Origin: Vitrella brassicaformis CCMP3155 | Lineage: Eukaryota > Protista > Chromerida | Assembly (NCBI GenBank): GCA_001179505.1 | Contig: CDMY01000219.1 | Location: 1-64,000, forward strand | Direction: 5' to 3' | DNA: 64,000 bases | In this document: in pieces, positions 1 through 13,400 of the stretch | Numbering within the stretch: position 1 is the first letter of the stretch | Layout of the letters: each line of letters begins with the position of its first letter | The notes under the pieces: generated by a model | What the model was told of the DNA's origin: nothing | The model's database searches: none | The model's input: the letters and a program-made list of their open reading frames with translations, nothing else | Position numbers and translations under genes: made by a program

Positions 1-54
1 GAAAGATGGTGTCCGCCTGCGTTCCTGCGTGGACGGTGTGGTTGTTTGGTGCAG

Positions 55-2299
55 GCCTGTGGGACGACGTTGGAGCACATGGTGCTGCGGCCATCGACGA
101 TGGGAGTGTCGCGGCCTCTGTCGGCTGCGGCAAAGCCACTGCCGACCCATGTGGACGTGGCTATTGTCGGAGGTGGGCTTGGCGGCCTGCTGCTGTGCGC
201 CGGGCTGAGGTGAGTGAGTGTGGCCGGGAGAGGGGAGAGATACCCTTCTTCCTGTGTGATGATGGTCTCTGTGTGTATGTGTGTGTGTCAGATGTCGTGG
301 CATCGACGCCCATGTGTTTGAGCGTGCCCCTGCTCTGAGAAATGCATCGCAGGTCAGCCAGAGACAGAGAGAGAGGGAGAGAGAGAGGGAGGTGGGAAGG
401 ACCCGTTCCAGTGTTGATTGTGCCGTGTGTGCAGGGCATGTTCACGGCCTCCACGAACGGAATGTGTGCAGTGAGGCGGGTGAAGAGCGACATTGCAGAT
501 ACCATGTTGGCCTCTGGCGTCATGGACCCGACCACAGCCATGCATCAACGCATGCTGGGGAGGAGGTACACTTACTTTGATATGTGCACACATACCCATC
601 CCTGCTGTATGTCGGGGCTCATCCAGGTCAAGACAATCCGCGTCGACCGGAAGGGCAAAGGCGAGGTGTCCATCCGCTGGACCAAGGCACAGAACATCTT
701 CGCGTCCCACGTGCCCGACGAGGTCATCCACTGCAGCTGCGGCGGTCGCGACTTCACTGAGGACGACACCGGCGCGACACTCGTGTTCGAGGGCAGGAAC
801 GAGCAAGTCAGGTCAGTGTGACCGACCATTACACGGCAATCACCCCAGCCGTGGCCATCTTGCCCTGTGAATGCACTTACCTTCCAGGGCCAAGATGATC
901 GTGGCTGTCGACGGCGCTTTCTCGGCCCTCCGGCCCCAGATCTTATCGCGGCATCGTGAGAAGCGCGACGGCGTTAAGCAGGTCACGAAAGACGGCGGCC
1001 AGGGATCGGCTGCTGCGGCGCTGATGATCGAGGACCCGCCCAAGTACCATGGCTTCCTCAACTGGAACGCACTCGTCAAGAAAGAAGTAGGAGCCGGCGG
1101 GCCCTGTGGACGGACGCCCCTCTACCAGTGAATATTCATAATCTGGTACTTGTTGCGTTGCAGGACATCGCGCGCTACGCCGAGTCCGCGGGCGTGCTGC
1201 TGCCCTACACAGAGCGCGGCATGTTCATTGTCACATCAGACTGCCCGAACGTGCTTGCGTTTATCGTTGATGTCGGCACACACGTCTTCTGGCAGGTGGG
1301 TGACCCACGCACTCGCACACATAGACACAAAGCCCTCGAATCTAACATCTGTGTGTTTGTGTTCAGATCCGAGTGCCGGAGTCGTCCAAGGCCGGTCACC
1401 GCGCGGTTGCGGGCCGCCAAGGGCTCAAAGAGCACCTCCTTCGTGGCCTGCGTGACGCCACTGACCTGGCAGTGCCCATCGGCCAGGAGGCGGAGAAGCC
1501 GCAGATACCGGCCGGTGAGACGCAGCCCAACATGTCGGAGATCATTTGCATGGTGGGGGCCACACCGGAGGAGAAGATCTACGAGCGGTGCATCTACGGC
1601 AGGGCCGCCACATCAACCATCACCACTCCAAAGGTACCAGTGGCCTGCAATGAGAAGATGCTCGATGGCCTGACTATGTATGTTCGTTCGTTGACACACA
1701 GGGCCGCGTTATCATGATCGGCGACGCCGCCCATGCGCCCTATCCTGGACCCGGCCAAGGGGCCAATATGACCTTTGAGGACGTCAGCGTGCTCATCGAC
1801 ATGTTCGAGAAACACGTGCCAAACATTCGGGCACCGAACACGGCCACCGTGAGCAACCGCGACCTGACGAACGGCACTACCCACAAACCAGGCAAGATTG
1901 ACCGGCGGACAGAGGGGAAGAAAGCGACTCAACCGATCGCCATTTTCGTTCTCTTCCTATGTGAATGTCTGCAGATCTGAATGGCCACAGCAATGTAGAG
2001 TTGCCGGCCGTCGTGGTGCCCACGATCCTCTGCGAGTGCGAGTCCATCCGGCTGCCCCGCATGCAGTCGATGGTCTACTATGCGGACATCGCGGCGTGGC
2101 AGTTCCATACCCAGGCCTCCAAAGTCCCAACCGAGTGCTTGAAAGCAAGTCGGACGGCCATCTCGGGGTCGTCCACCCCGAGATCAAGGACTGCCGCACC
2201 AAGTTCAACGACTGGGTCAAGACGTTCCCGCCAGAGGGACCGCCGCCATCGCTGGAGCCGTTCGAGCCATTTGTGCCCAGGAAGGTGTTCAGGCCCTAG
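55..2299 (+). CDS. FAD-dependent monooxygenase (FAD_binding_3 family; zeaxanthin epoxidase/salicylate hydroxylase-like), multi-exon; 5' end uncertain and may lie upstream
   Basis: Spliced exons give the Rossmann motif VAIVGGGLGGLLL (exon from 55), VFERAP, the DG motif IVAVDGAFSALR (~895-935) and the GD motif IGDAAHAPYPGPGQGANMTFED (1717-1780). Stop TAG at 2297-2299. Confidence 0.85.
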
Positions 2300-4291
2300 T
2301 CTACCCCGTCAAATACTAAACAGATGGATGGTCGGGATGCACGCACCCTGATACACTGCCAGAGTGGTATCTAGGAGTTTTGGGTGTGTTGTTGGGTTTG
2401 TTGAAGAGGATGTGTGTGCATATTTATTGCTTGGAAAAGGCAAGGTTGACTCTGTGTGTGAGATACTCATCTGTGGCGGTGCGGCTCTCTCTCTCTCTCT
2501 CTCTGTCTCTGTATGTGTGTGTGCATGTCTTGCTGGCGTGCCCTCTTTTGCTGCATGCTGTATGTATCGGCGATGCATGCTATGATAGCCAGTGCACCAT
2601 CGATCCATCACCCTCTCGAATATCTGTCTGTTTGCAAACGCATATGTCAGCCGGCAGTTTGGGGTGTTTTACCGCCAGTTTGTTTTGTCCCATGCATTCA
2701 TTCACTGATGTGTGGATGGGATGCAGTCCGTCTGTGGTGCGTACGTTTGTATGACCATCTTTGGCTCATCCTGGCGAGCAGGCAACCAGGCAGCAGGTAG
2801 GGAGGCATGGTGGTGTTTTGTGTCTGTCTGGTTTTGTGCTACAAGTGGGCTCTTTCTTCTTCCTTGCCATGGGTGTGAGTGGTGTCAGTCACGTGTGCGG
2901 AAGGGACCTTTATTGCGTCCGTCGTGATCCATTCAGCGGCACATTTATACTAGCACCTCTTGCACCATCGATCGACTAGCCGCCTAATTTACTTGGGGCG
3001 TTTTTGCGATGAATGAATCCTTCCTTGCATGTGGCGAATGCGTAGGTCCGTTGTTCCATGCTGCTGCCTGAAGTGAAGTGCAGCCATCCCGCCGATCTTG
3101 CGCAGTCCTGTTTCCCCCACTCCCTCCCTCTGTCATCGTGGATGTCTTTATGCAGCCTACCGCTCATATTTCACCTGGTCGGTCTTTATGAGTGATCCAT
3201 CCGGTGTCCGTGTGTGCGGGAGGGGTGGCTTTATGGCTGGAGATGGATGCATTTTGCCTGGATGCCAGGGGGCTATATCCGAGTTTTGTGTGTCGAGCGG
3301 GTGAATGTTCGTCGGACTGCTGACCTGTTCTGGCTGCCTTAGACCGGGCTCTTCGTCGGATGGGGCCCTGTGTGTGGTACGTCCGTGTTTGAGAGAGGCG
3401 AGGGGGGCTCTGTGTGTCTGTGGGGCGAGGTTTGTGCACTCCGTAATACGCACGTTTGTGTGGCTGTCTTTCATCACTCTTGCTGGCAACCATGAAGGCA
3501 GGCAGGCAGCCTTGGCATTTGGTGTGTCAAGTGTGTGTGACCTTCATTGCTGTCTGTATCTGTTGAGCTTTGTCCGCCGTGCGATGTGACCCAGGGAGAA
3601 TGGCACGTTTATCCTAGCACCTATTGCACCATCGACCAGCCGTCTTACCTAGGGCGTTCCTCTGAAGGCGAGCGAATGCGTTTTGGTATAGGCAGTCAAG
3701 TTTTTTGTAAGAGAGCTCAAAGTATATATGCAGTGTTCTTTGGTCTTTGTATATACGCTGCGTTGCCGACATAGTCGGTCTGTACACGTCCGCGTCTCCT
3801 TGCACCTAGCTCTGTCTCTGGCTTGTCACCGTGGCGTGCGTGTCATGGTTGATGTGGCAAATTCTCCACACGCGCCATGGGACGCAGACTCTGGTGACAG
3901 GGGGAAAGGCGTGATGGGGTCGGGTCAGTCAGCTTGGATGGGTGTATGTGCTTGAGGGTGTGGCACGTGGTGGCGCTCGACCAGCCAACTTTATCTGTAT
4001 GGTCCATGTGTAAGTGCACTTACGTGTGCTTGAGCTCCGTGTTGCTCGCCATTTATGCAGCAGTGCCCGAAGGGCCGCCATGACGATTGACAAAATATAT
4101 GATGACGGTGCATTAAACGAAGATGGCAGCATCAAGTACGTAGCCCTCACAAGTCGCTCACACATCAATGCGATCAGGGTAACAAACCCTGTTACCCCGA
4201 AGCCTGGACCCATTTCGTCTGCCAAACAACAAAAAGACGTAGTTTGTTTTCATTGAACGGTGATGAGAAGTGGCCTCTGTCGCGTCCAAGA

Positions 4292-7200
4292 ATGAGCATG
4301 ACAAAGCACGGCGTGGCCATCCTATGCGTCTTCCTGTCAGTCACTCTTTTTCCTCATGCTGCCAGGGCATTCGCGCCGCCTCTCTCCAACCACGCCCTTC
4401 AGCCACACCAAGTGAGCACAAACACACGCCGCAGCCGACGCATCTGGTATTGGGAGTGATCTCTCTCTCTCTGTGTGTGTGTGTGTGTTTGTTCAGGTGC
4501 GCAGGACGACGGTCAGCTCCTCGCGTGCGTCCCGGAGAGGCCTCCACTTATACATGCAGGATGTCGCCACCCTGAAGAAGGTGAGTCGCACAGGGAGAAC
4601 TAGAAAGCGAGATTATGTTCACTTGTCTGGCTGGCTGGCTGTCTGTGTGTGTGTGTGTGTGTGCTTTTGTTGCTTGACTTCAGGCCACGTTGAGGAAGCC
4701 AACGACGGTCGGCGTGCCAGTGGGTGAGCGTGGCAGGCTGGGCGACGAGGGCGAGTTCGGCAAGAAGGAGGGTGAGGCATCGATCGTCTTCATCGCGGGC
4801 TTCGAGTCATTCAACCTCGCCCTCTACCGGGAGGCGGCCCGGAGGATCAAGGAGGTCAGTCAGACGCTACGCTCGAGTGGATGGGTGGCATGACATACAG
4901 GTGTGTCTGTGTCTGTCTGTGTCTGCCGTGTGCAGGTCTGTCCGTCTCTGAAGGTCCATGTGATGACTGACCGCGACGTGGCTGGCCGGCCTGACGATGT
5001 AGCTGCCGCCCTCCGCACAGCAGATGCCGTCTTCGTCTCGCTTATTTTCGACTTTGACCAGGTCGGCGCGACACACATATACACAGACACGGAAGATGCA
5101 TGCCGAATTCCATCCCTCCCTCCCTGACGCTTACCCCATCTGTTGTCCTTCCCATTGATTGTCCACAGGTGACGTTCATTAAGGACCGCATCGGTCATAT
5201 CCCCCTTCGGATGATTTTCGAGTCGGCCCTCGAGCTGATGAGTGAGACCAGCGTGGCGTCGTTCAACATGAAGGGTCGGGGTGAGGGCCCCGCCGGCCCC
5301 CCGCCGGCCGTCAAGGCCCTCCTGCGGCAGTTCGGCAACAAGCGGGAGGAGGACAGGCTAGCGGGCTACCTGAATTTCCTCAAGGTCGGGCCCAAGCTGC
5401 TGCAGTACGTCCCTGGTGACAAGGCCAGGGACCTGAGGAGCTGGCTGGAGATCTACAGCTACTGGAACCAGGGCGGGCTGGAGAATGTCGTCAACATGTT
5501 CCTGTACATCGGCAGGAACTTCCTGCTGCCTAAGGAGAAAGTGCCGGCGCCTGGTAGGCGGCAAGTGACAGGACAGAGAGAGAGAGAGAAAGAAGGACAG
5601 GTGTATTATGCCTGGGGTGGGTGCGTTGACATTCCATGGCTGTGTGTGTGTGTGTCTGTAAGGCGCCTTGCGCGAGACGCCCACGGTGGGCCTGTATCAC
5701 CCGTTTGCTGATGACTATTTCTCGACGCCGGCAGAGTACCTCAAGTGGTGAGCGCAGACACACCGAATGGCCTGATGCTGATCACTGACTGCCCTCATGT
5801 GTATGCCTGTGTATGCCTGTCTGTCAGGTATGAGTCCGAGAAGGGTTTTGACGCCGCCCTCGCGCCACCGGGGTCGCCGAGAGTCGCCATTCTGCTCTAC
5901 CGGTAGCAAGACAAAAAGGGCTTTCTCTGCTTCCTGCCTGTCTGTGACCCCTCCCTCACTGCCCTTTTTTGTGTGTCATGGATCAGGAAGCACGTGCTGA
6001 CGCACCAGAAGTACATTGACGTGTTGATCAGGAGCATGGAGAAGGAGGGCCTCACGCCGGTGCCGGTCTTCATCACCGGCGTGGAGGCGCACACCATCGT
6101 CAGGGACCTCCTCACGACATCGTACGAGCAGCAACAGAGAAACAGGTGAGTGACAGACAGACAGACAAACAGGCAGGAAGGAACAAAGAATGGAAAAGAA
6201 TGTGATCAACATACATGTGTGTGGTGTGCTCTCTCTATCGTGTTGTCTTGCCCGCTTCCGCGCAACCAACCCAGGGGTGTGATCGCCAACGAGGGTTTGA
6301 GCAAGGACGCTATCGCAGTGGAGGCGATTGTCAACACCATAGGATTCCCACTTGTGGGCGGACCTGCAGGCTCCATGGAAGCCGGCAGACAGGTATGCAT
6401 GCGCACATGCACACACGCACTATGTCTCTATTACCTACACGCAATCTGCTTGTTCATGGCGCGTGTTCTGTCACGGCACCAGACTGAGGTGTCGACCCAG
6501 CTGCTGTCGTCCAAGAACGTGCCCTATCTGGTGGCGGCCCCGCTGCTGGTTCAGGACATCCCCAGCTGGATGCGCAACGGCGTCCAGGGCCTCCAGTCAG
6601 TCGTCCTCTTCGCCCTTCCCGAGCTGGATGGGGCCGTCGACCCTGTCGTCCTGGGCGGACTCGTCGCTGACAAAATCGCACTTGTCCCCGAACGGTAAAC
6701 AAAGACACGGACGAACCAACAGCCAGCAAGGGGTGTTCTCGCTCCACCCTCCCGTGTTGTGTTGTGCTGCATCTTGCCCTCAGTGTGCGGAAGCTTGCCG
6801 CTCGTCTCAACGGCTGGATTCGTCTGCGGAACACTCCGCCCAAGGAGCGCAAGATCGCCATCATCCTCTACGGCTTCCCACCAAACGTCGGGGCAACCGG
6901 CACGGCCGCGCTGCTCAACGTGCCCGACTCCCTCCAGGGCCTCTTGGAGCAGCTCAAGACACAGGGCTATGACCTGGGACCAGCCGTGGGGCCCGATGGC
7001 AAGGTCGACGGGGAGGCTATCGTGGCGGCTCTCAAGGTGCTGGTGCAGGACCCGTTGGTGCGCGCCGGTCCCAAGTACATGCGGAGTGCGATTGTGAATG
7101 CCGCCCGGGAGGAGAGCGCCCGCAGCCTGGTGTCGGGCCCTGCCCTCAACATCAACTCGACATGGCTTCGACACGCCCTCAAGGACGACCCCAACCTCAT

Positions 7201-10200
7201 TAGGGCACAGGTGAGTGAATACCGAGTCAGACCGAAGAAACTGAAACATAGAAGGTGAGGCAGGCGATTTGTCTAACTATGTTTTCCCATCTGACACGCA
7301 GGGCATCACGTCAAAGCGGCTGCGTCGTGCGCTGCGTCCCATCCTGGCGTCGAAGGTGGAGAAGGGCTGGGGCGAGCTGGAGCAGGTCAACTTCATCGGC
7401 CAGAGCAGCGAGGGGGAGTTCGTCGTCCAGGGCGTACAGCTGGGCAACGTCTGGATCGGAGTGCAGCCCCTACTCGGTATCCAATGAGACTGACACGCTC
7501 ATACACCGTCTGACAAAACGGTTGTGTTTTGTGTAGGTTTGGAGGGCGATCCGATGCGCCTGCTGTTCGAGCGTGACCTCACCCCTCACCCGCAGTATTT
7601 TGCTTTCTACGAGTGGCTCCGCACGGGACTTGGGGCGCAGGCCTGCGTCCACTTCGGCATGCATGGCACAGTAAGACAGACACACTAGACAGCAGAAAAC
7701 AGCGCACACTCGTCCGCCCACCAGCTGCACATGTTCATAGTGCTTGCTTCCTCCCGTCAGGTTGAGTGGCTGCCCGGCTCCCCCCTGGGCAACACGGGCC
7801 TCACCTGGCCCGACCGACTACTGGGCGACATCCCCAACGTCTACATCTACGCCGCCAACAACCCGTCAGAGTCCATCCTCGCCAAACGGCGCGGCTACGG
7901 CACACTCGTCTCACACAATGTGCCTCCCTACGCACGGGCGGGTCTCTACAAGGAGCTGGCGCTGCTCAGAGACCTTATTGGCGAGTACCGAAGCGAGCCT
8001 GACAAGAACCAGGCTCTCAAGCCGGCGATAGTCGAGAAGGTGCGCTTGGTGGGGCTGTTCCAGGACTGTCCCTGGGAGGGCACCGACACGGCCGAGGAGG
8101 GCGTGCTGTCGACCGATGAGGCGGACAAGGTGGACAGCAAGGCTTTCGGCGACTGGCTCTTCAAGCTCAACGACTACCTCCTCGTGCTGGAGCAGCGGCT
8201 CTTCTCCGAGGGGCTCCACTGCCTGGGCCACCCCCCCTCCCAGAGCCAGATGCTTCAGTACCTGGAGGGCTACTTCGCCGAGGACCCCAACATGCCCCAC
8301 CTGGCCCTCGAGCTCATCGCCAACATGACTCCCTCCCAGTCGGTCTTCGACGTGCTCCACCACCCCTCCATCAGGCCGCTGCTCACCCCGGCAGAACTCG
8401 CTCTGGACGAGGGCGTGCGTGTGGCCGACCTGACCCCCGCAGACAAGTACCAGGCGTCTCTCCAGGGGCTCGACAAGCTGTCCTTCGGCGTCCGCCGGTT
8501 CTTCGGCGATATGGGGATGAAAAAGGTCAAGGACGAGGTGGACCTGGAGGTGCAGATGGGCACTGCCTCTGGTGCCAACATGGCCTTGAGCAAGACGCGG
8601 GCAGCCGAGATGCAGCGGCGAGGGGTGGGAGTGGAGGGCCGGCCTGTGTCTGAGACTGAGGGGGGCGGGATGGGGATGAGGGGGCGGATCGAGGAGGCCA
8701 TGGAGATACGCAAGCTGCTCATGAGGAACGAGGAGGAGCTCTCGGCCGTCGTCAGGGCACTCAACGGCGAATACATCAGACCAGGTGACGAACCAACGCA
8801 AAAGAGGAGGCAGAACGCATCGCAGCATCACACACACGTGTGTCTCTCACTCATCCATGGTGTTATCAGCTCCTGGAGGAGATCTTCTGAGGGACGGGGC
8901 GGGTGTGCTGCCCACTGGCCGCAACATCCACGCCCTCGACCCCTACAGGATGCCCTCACCGGCAGCCGAGCAGCGCGGCAAAGTCGCTGCCGACAAGATC
9001 CTCGAGGAGCAGAAGGGCGCAGGGGGCGTGTTCCCCGAAAGCGTCGCTGTCACTCTCTGGGGCCTTGACGCGATCAAGGTGACTTGACACACTCGTCACC
9101 AACACTCTCATACAGAAACAGTATGTATGTATGTTGTCTTGGTGCAGACGAAGGGCGAGAGCGTGGCGATTGTGTTGGCTCTAGTGGGTGCGCGGCCCGT
9201 CAAGGAAGGCACCGGGCGGATCGTCAAGTTCGAGCTGATACCTCTGGAGGAGCTGGGCAGGCCGCGGATCGACGTCCTCTGCAGTCTGTCGGGTATCTTC
9301 AGAGACACGTTCGCCAACGTCGTGGACCTCCTCGACGCCCTGTTCGAGCAGGCCGCAGAGGTACACACACACACACACACACTTGTGTGTGTGTCGTAGA
9401 TGCGTCCAGAAACATGATTCATTCTGCCCTGGTTGGTGTATCAGGCCGATGAGCCGATCGAGATGAACTACATCAAGAAGCACGTGCAGGAGCTGCAAGC
9501 CAAGGGCATCGACCGCCCCACCGCCCGGCTCTTCAGCAACCCCGCAGGCGACTTCGGCTCAATGGTCAACGAGCGGGTGGGCAACGGCGAGTGGGAGGAT
9601 GGCAAAGAGCTGGGCGACACCTGGGCGGCGCGAAACGGCTTCTCGTTCGGCCGCAAGACCGAGAAGGGCACGGCGCGTCCCGAGCTGCTGCGCGAGCTGC
9701 TGAGTTCGACTGAGCGGATCGTGCAGGAGATTGACAGTGTGGAATATGGCCTGACGGACATCCAGGAGTACTACGCCAACACGGGTGCGCTCAAGAAGGC
9801 AGCGGACAACGCGCGGGAGTCGGCGGGCAAGAAGGGCAAGGTCAAGGTGTCCATCCTGGAGTCCTTCTCAAAGGCCGTCGAACCGAGAGACCTCGAGCAG
9901 ACACTGAGAATGGTCAGTCCAGTGGCCAGCGCAACCTACACAAGATGGTCCTGTCGTCCATCCATCCATCCATCCATGTGTGTGTGTGTGCGTGTGCAGG
10001 AGTACCGCACGAAGCTGTTGAATCCCAAGTGGGCTGAGGCGATGGCCAAGCAGGGCAGCGGCGGGGCCTACGAGATCAGCCAGCGCATGACCGCCCTTGT
10101 GGGCTGGGCGGGCACCACTGACTTTGCTGAAGACTGGGTCTACGATGGAGCCGCTGAAAGGTCACAAGAGACAGACATTCATTCACACGAGCCCGAAGAG

Positions 10201-10483
10201 AGAGAGAGAGGGGGGGAGAGTGGCAGCAGGTAATTCCTTTCTAAATCTTGGTGTGTGGGTATGGCGGGGCGTGGTGCTTGCCTGTGTGTTTAGGTATGCG
10301 ATGGACGAGGCCATGGCCGAGAAGCTGCGGAAGGCCAACCCCGAGGCGTTTCAGAACGTGCTGCGTCGGATGCTGGAGGCTAATGGCAGGGGGTTCTGGA
10401 AGGCCGACGAGAAGACCCTCGACAAACTGAGGGAAATGTACAGCCAAACGGAAGACGAAATTGAGGGTGTCAGGTGGGAATGA
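4292..10483 (+). CDS. CHLH2: Magnesium chelatase subunit H, CHLH2/BchH-like paralog, with bipartite plastid-targeting presequence; multi-exon
   Basis: CobN/Mg-chelatase motifs across exons: IVFIAGFESFNLALYREAA, GFPLVGGPAGS, FALPELDGA, YGFPPNVGATGTAALLNVP, HFGMHGT/VEWLPG, YIYAANNPSESILAKRRG, GGDLLRDGAGVLPTGRNIHALDPYRMP, LWGLDAIKTKGE, EYYANTGAL, YRTKLLNPKW, C-terminal EDEIEGV. The N-terminus has a hydrophobic signal peptide ending ARA/FAP. Confidence 0.93.
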
Positions 10484-13400
10484 GATGAGATGAACGGGGG
10501 ATGATGTGAGAGGCAGGCATGGTCTGTCGAGCGGGGGAGGGAGGGAGGGACCTGTAGAGCAGCTACCTTATCGAAGCTTGAGGGTATTTGTCAGTGGTTG
10601 ACGCGACTGGTGAGATGAGATGAGGTGCTCTGTTGCTTTATCAGTGGCGTGGCGACAAATGTAGTCCAGCAGTGAAGTCAGCGGTCTGTCTGTAATGGGG
10701 AGGGAGGGGTGGGAGACCAAGCGAGGGCAGGGATATGATGAGAGAGTGAGTGCTCCGATGAGAGACACATACACAGACACAGAGACCCATTCCATGCACG
10801 CACACGCACGCCACATAGCAAGTGGCGGGCGGACGAGACGCCTCAGGCGCTCGTCGTGTCTTTTTCCGTATTACACTCTACATATGAGAGATTTAGGGCA
10901 GAATGGTGATAAGGGAGACGGGAGCTCGGCCGAGTTTTTCTGTGTTGCTACTCGAGGTGGTGCGTGAGCGACGCGAACCAATGAGTGACGATGAATGAAG
11001 CCATCCTCGAGGTTACTCTGTCGTGTCCCTCAACACACACACACACACACACACATAAACACGCGAACGGTCAGATGAGATGGACACACACACATGGGCA
11101 GGGGCAGGGGAGAGTCAGCATCTCACAGTACGCAGAGACCAATCTCAGGTGTATGTCAAACCGACAGACACATCAAACTATCATCATCATCAGCAGCACA
11201 CCACACCACAGCGCAGCACGGCACAGCACAGGTTGATGCAGTCAGTGTACACCAACAGATGGGTAATGATGGACGTCTGTACGTCTGTCTGTCTGTCTGT
11301 CTCAGCGCCCTTTCCCCTCACCGCGTCACATCAGCCGACGGCCACCGGACGGCAAAAGCAGCAGTGCCTGCTCGACTGCTACTCTCGGCGTCTGGAGACC
11401 GGTCGGGAGAGAACGTAGGAAGGAGGAAGGTCGTCAACGTACGTCGTTCTCACGTGAGAGGTTCACTCATAGGCTATGCTTGATTCGACCCAGCAAAAGA
11501 AGAAAGACATGACGGGCGGTGTGTATGACATGAACATGACAGACAACTAACTGCACACGGCGAGATGGATGGATCAAACTGAAAAGCTTCACGACACGAC
11601 ACGAGCCTGCCTCGCACGTCAGTCACCTCTCTCCCCCGCCACTCCCTCTCTCCCCCCGTGTGTGTGTACGTGTACCCCTCCCTTACCCCATTCAGCAAAA
11701 ATCCCTTTAATCATTCCCAAGAGAGTGAGTGAATGAGAGAGTGAGTGAGTGCGAGTGAGTGTATTCCCTTATCGACGGCAGTATGCAGACCCGCCCACCC
11801 TCAGCCCCCCCCTCCCCCTAGCCCACCCTGCCCTAGCCTGGTACACAGCCGCGGCCAGATAAAAGCGCGAGACGTATAGTGGGACCGCCCGCCACATAGA
11901 AGAAGCCACAGGCACCGACATGAGTGAGAGAGTAAGTGGCGACTGGTTGTGTGGTTGGGTGGGTTTGATGCGTTGATTTGATGCGCGAGCGGGGAGGGAG
12001 GGAGGGAGGGGAGGAGGGAGGGAGAGGGCGACCAGTGAGCGAAGCGAGTGCTTTGAAACGACCTCAGACACGTGAGCATCTGCCATCCATCCATCCATCT
12101 CAACCCACACACAGGCAAGGGGCACAGCACAGCACAGCACAACCATACAACCCACCCAACCCGCACGTGCTCTCTCTCCATAGCCATATCTCAGTCAGTC
12201 ACGCGTGCAGTGCAGTGCAGGCAGGCAGGCAGGCCGTATGGCCATATGCACCTTCATTCATTCTGGATGGTATCAACGGGCCTGAGGGCAGCCAGCGAGG
12301 GTGGGTGGGTGAGTGATGACGCGACGCGCGCGTCCCCTCCGCGTGTTAACGGAGCGCCTGCCACGGCAGCCATCCCAACCCACCCCGACTCCCGCCCCCA
12401 CCTACACCTACACACACACACACGCACGCACACACACACACATGCACGCAACGCAAGGCATGATCCCCTCAGCCATCCATCCATCCGTCCATGAACAAAT
12501 TCTTGGCTCGCGGCCCACGCCGCTCACAAGAGAGAGCCTCAGACAAAAATCCGCGGACACCCACAGGACAGGCACACACATGTACCGTACAGACACAGCT
12601 GGGAGGGTGAGATTGTTTCGACAAGTAAGTGAAGAGTATGGTCCCTTCGGGACGTATGAACGAATGGGGTGTGGTGTCAGCCAGTGATCCTCCAGCAAGC
12701 CGACCGACACGCAGCACCAACCATCTCAAAGTGATGAGCAATAATCTGTGTGGGTCCACAGCGCCCCCCGACCCCTCAAGACACACACACACACACACGC
12801 ACACACAGTCTCTCTGGTCTCTCTCTCTCTCTCTCTCACTCACAGATGCAGGCAGAGAGACAGACAGACAGACAGACAGAAGAGAGAGAGACGGAGGAGG
12901 GACTATACACACAGGTGAAGGTGAAGGTGAAGGAAACGAAGATAAGCAAGGCAAAGCAAGGCAATGTCCCGTCTTGTCCTGTAGGACACTTGGTTGATCG
13001 ATCGACAGAGCGGCAGAGCGAGGGAGGAGAGAGAGGAGGGGAGGCGACTGCATAAAGGTGCCTTCCCTCCCCTCCTGCCTCCTTCCCCTCGCTCGCAGAA
13101 AAATGGGCTGCCGACAGAGCTTAGCATACGGATGATGCGCCGCGCACAGACAGACCCTACACTCAACACAATAATACAACAATGCCAACGCAACACACAT
13201 GGACATAAAGTAAGGCGTGCACGTCGCTCATTGGCTTCTCTCGACAGCCGGCCGGCCGCCCGAGGGAAAGGCAAAAATGAGCGACCGGGCGCTCTCCGGC
13301 ACACACACACACGCCCATATAAAGACACACACACACACACACACACATTGACATGGACACAGCAGCTTGAAACTGTCGCAGCAAAGCAAGGAGAGACCAA

